This document shows positions 62,873 through 64,000 of a DNA stretch of 64,000 bases, piece after piece. The position numbers and the translations under genes are program-made. Origin of the DNA: Dehalococcoidia bacterium (GTDB lineage: Bacteria > Chloroflexota > Dehalococcoidia > UBA2979); NCBI GenBank assembly GCA_019694855.1, contig JAIBBD010000003.1:33264-97263 (forward strand), written 5' to 3'. Numbering within the stretch: position 1 is the first letter of the stretch; each line of letters opens with the position of its first letter. The notes beneath the pieces are model-generated. The model was not told where the DNA came from. It saw only the letters and a program-made list of their open reading frames with translations, and did not search any database.

Positions 62873-63277
62873 ATGACCCGCGCCGCCTCGATCCTCCTCC
62901 ACGCCGTCCTCGGCGTCGCCGCCATCGCCGCCGGCCAGGCCTTCGCGAGGCGCCCCAGCGGCCGCGACCTCGGCATGGACCCACGCTGGCTCGAGGGCTC
63001 ACCGTTCCCCGACTTCCGCATCCCCGGTCTATTCCTGCTCCTCGTCATCGCCCCCGCCAACCTCCTGAGCGCGCTCCTCCTCCTGCGTCGCCATCGAGGC
63101 GGCCCGCCCCTCAGCCTCGCCACCGGCCTCCTGCTCGTCGTCTGGCTCGCCATCCAGACCGCCATCCTCGGCTTCCGCGACAGGAGCCAGGCGATCTGGT
63201 GGCTCCTGTTCCCCCTCGTCGCCGTCCTCGGCGCAGCCCAGCTCCGCGCCCGCCGAGGCGAAGCGGACGCTCGATGA
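62873..63277 (+). CDS. Small integral membrane protein (4 predicted TM helices)
   Basis: 134-aa hydrophobic protein. The stop overlaps the start of the next gene (ATGA). Confidence 0.5.
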   Translation: MTRAASILLHAVLGVAAIAAGQAFARRPSGRDLGMDPRWLEGSPFPDFRIPGLFLLLVIAPANLLSALLLLRRHRGGPPLSLATGLLLVVWLAIQTAILGFRDRSQAIWWLLFPLVAVLGAAQLRARRGEADAR

Positions 63278-63921
63278 AACCCGCCGCGCTGCTCAAGACC
63301 GCGCTCCTCCTCGGCGCCGCTTTCGTCGCCTACCTCCGCTTCGTGCGCCCTCGCGTTCTCGACTGGGGCGCCCGCGAGGACGAACGCCGCCGCACCCTCC
63401 CCGGCGACGACATCCTCGCGGCCCCTGCGATCCAGACCACCCGCGCCGTCACCGTCGAGGCGCCGCCGGACCGCATCTGGCCGTGGCTCGTCCAGATGGG
63501 CCCCCGCCCTCGTGCCGGCGTCTACACCTACGACTGGATCGAGCGCCGCCTCGGCATCGACATCGAGAACAGCGACCGCCTCCTCCCCGAGTTCCAGCAC
63601 CTCGAGGCCGGCACGTTCTGGGAGCTCAGCCCGGGCCAGGGCCTCCGCGTCCGCGAGGTCGAACCCGGCCGCGCCATCGTCCTCCAGTGGGAGCCCACCG
63701 AGTCCACCTGGGGCTTCGTCCTCGCCTCCGTCCCCGGCGACGAGGGCGCAACCCGTCTCATCTCCCGCAACCGCGTCCAGGGCCACGGCCTCCGCTTCTG
63801 GCTCCTCATGCGCCTCCTCATGGAGCCCGGCTCCCTCGTCATGGAGCGCAAAATGCTCCTCGGCATCCGCGACCGCGCCGAGCGCACCACAGCCGAGGAC
63901 ATCGCGGCCATCACGCACTGA
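63274..63921 (+). CDS. SRPBCC-superfamily (polyketide cyclase/dehydrase-like) protein with N-terminal TM anchor
   Basis: 215-aa protein: N-terminal hydrophobic segment then a START/Bet-v1-like fold (…TVEAPPDRIWPWLVQMG…). Confidence 0.6.
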   Translation: MKPAALLKTALLLGAAFVAYLRFVRPRVLDWGAREDERRRTLPGDDILAAPAIQTTRAVTVEAPPDRIWPWLVQMGPRPRAGVYTYDWIERRLGIDIENSDRLLPEFQHLEAGTFWELSPGQGLRVREVEPGRAIVLQWEPTESTWGFVLASVPGDEGATRLISRNRVQGHGLRFWLLMRLLMEPGSLVMERKMLLGIRDRAERTTAEDIAAITH

Positions 63922-64000
63922 TCGCCCCCCTGCAACCCAATCGCCACTCGCCCGCCATCGAGGTCACCCGGCCGTAGCGGCCCGCTCCCTAACCTCCTTC

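Overview
High-GC (about 70%) bacterial chromosomal segment with very strong GC3 codon bias, so most long opposite-strand ORFs in the track are antisense shadows. Gene content suggests a monoderm, Actinobacteria- or Chloroflexota-like organism: sortase with an LPXTG-type substrate, an F420-type LLM oxidoreductase, UPF0182, DsbA/DsbB. No tRNA or rRNA genes, CRISPR array, transposase or integrase were recognised.

The window holds five main blocks:

1. Tungsten-enzyme island (1-11.2 kb). A truncated aldehyde:ferredoxin oxidoreductase (AOR) paralog runs off the left edge, followed by tupCBA (the TupA protein carries a TTTS motif). Next come a divergent ModE-like regulator, two translationally coupled MoeA genes (the second fused to a PBP-like domain), a MoaD/ThiS-like GG-tailed protein, and a three-gene AorABC-like operon: 4x[4Fe-4S] ferredoxin, FAD/NAD oxidoreductase, W-AOR.

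2. Metabolic genes: LLM oxidoreductase, DUF35/thiolase-like pair, small HAD, metallophosphoesterase, three crotonase paralogs, an MFS transporter, a Tat-secreted flavin amine oxidase, GlgX, a DASS/TrkA-C transporter, Crp/Fnr, an MpaB-like oxygenase.

3. A 5.6-kb gene for a 1873-aa secreted vWA protein carrying about 11 tandem 342-bp (114-aa) DUF11-like repeats, several nearly identical. It ends in LPNTG and is followed by a sortase and a tiny Cys-motif protein.

4. An unusual co-oriented cluster at 34.3-39.8 kb. It comprises a class-III cyclase fused to an NB-ARC/TPR STAND NTPase, a stop/start-coupled polyprenyl-synthase homologue with degenerate Asp-rich motifs, a 106-aa protein with an aromatic C-terminus, and a signal-less S8 subtilase. 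Next to it is a divergently transcribed split PEP-utilising-enzyme pair (ATP-grasp half and swivel phospho-His half).

5. A rearranged arginine-biosynthesis block. argG, argD, argB and argJ are on the minus strand with a 939-aa UPF0182 membrane protein inserted between argB and argD. Four copies of a roughly 100-150-bp structured intergenic repeat family punctuate it, with hairpins that show compensatory changes.

Also present: endonuclease III, a cupredoxin lipoprotein, a frameshifted MmcQ/YjbR gene, an epoxide hydrolase, an SRPBCC protein, and several GC-rich terminator-like palindromes.
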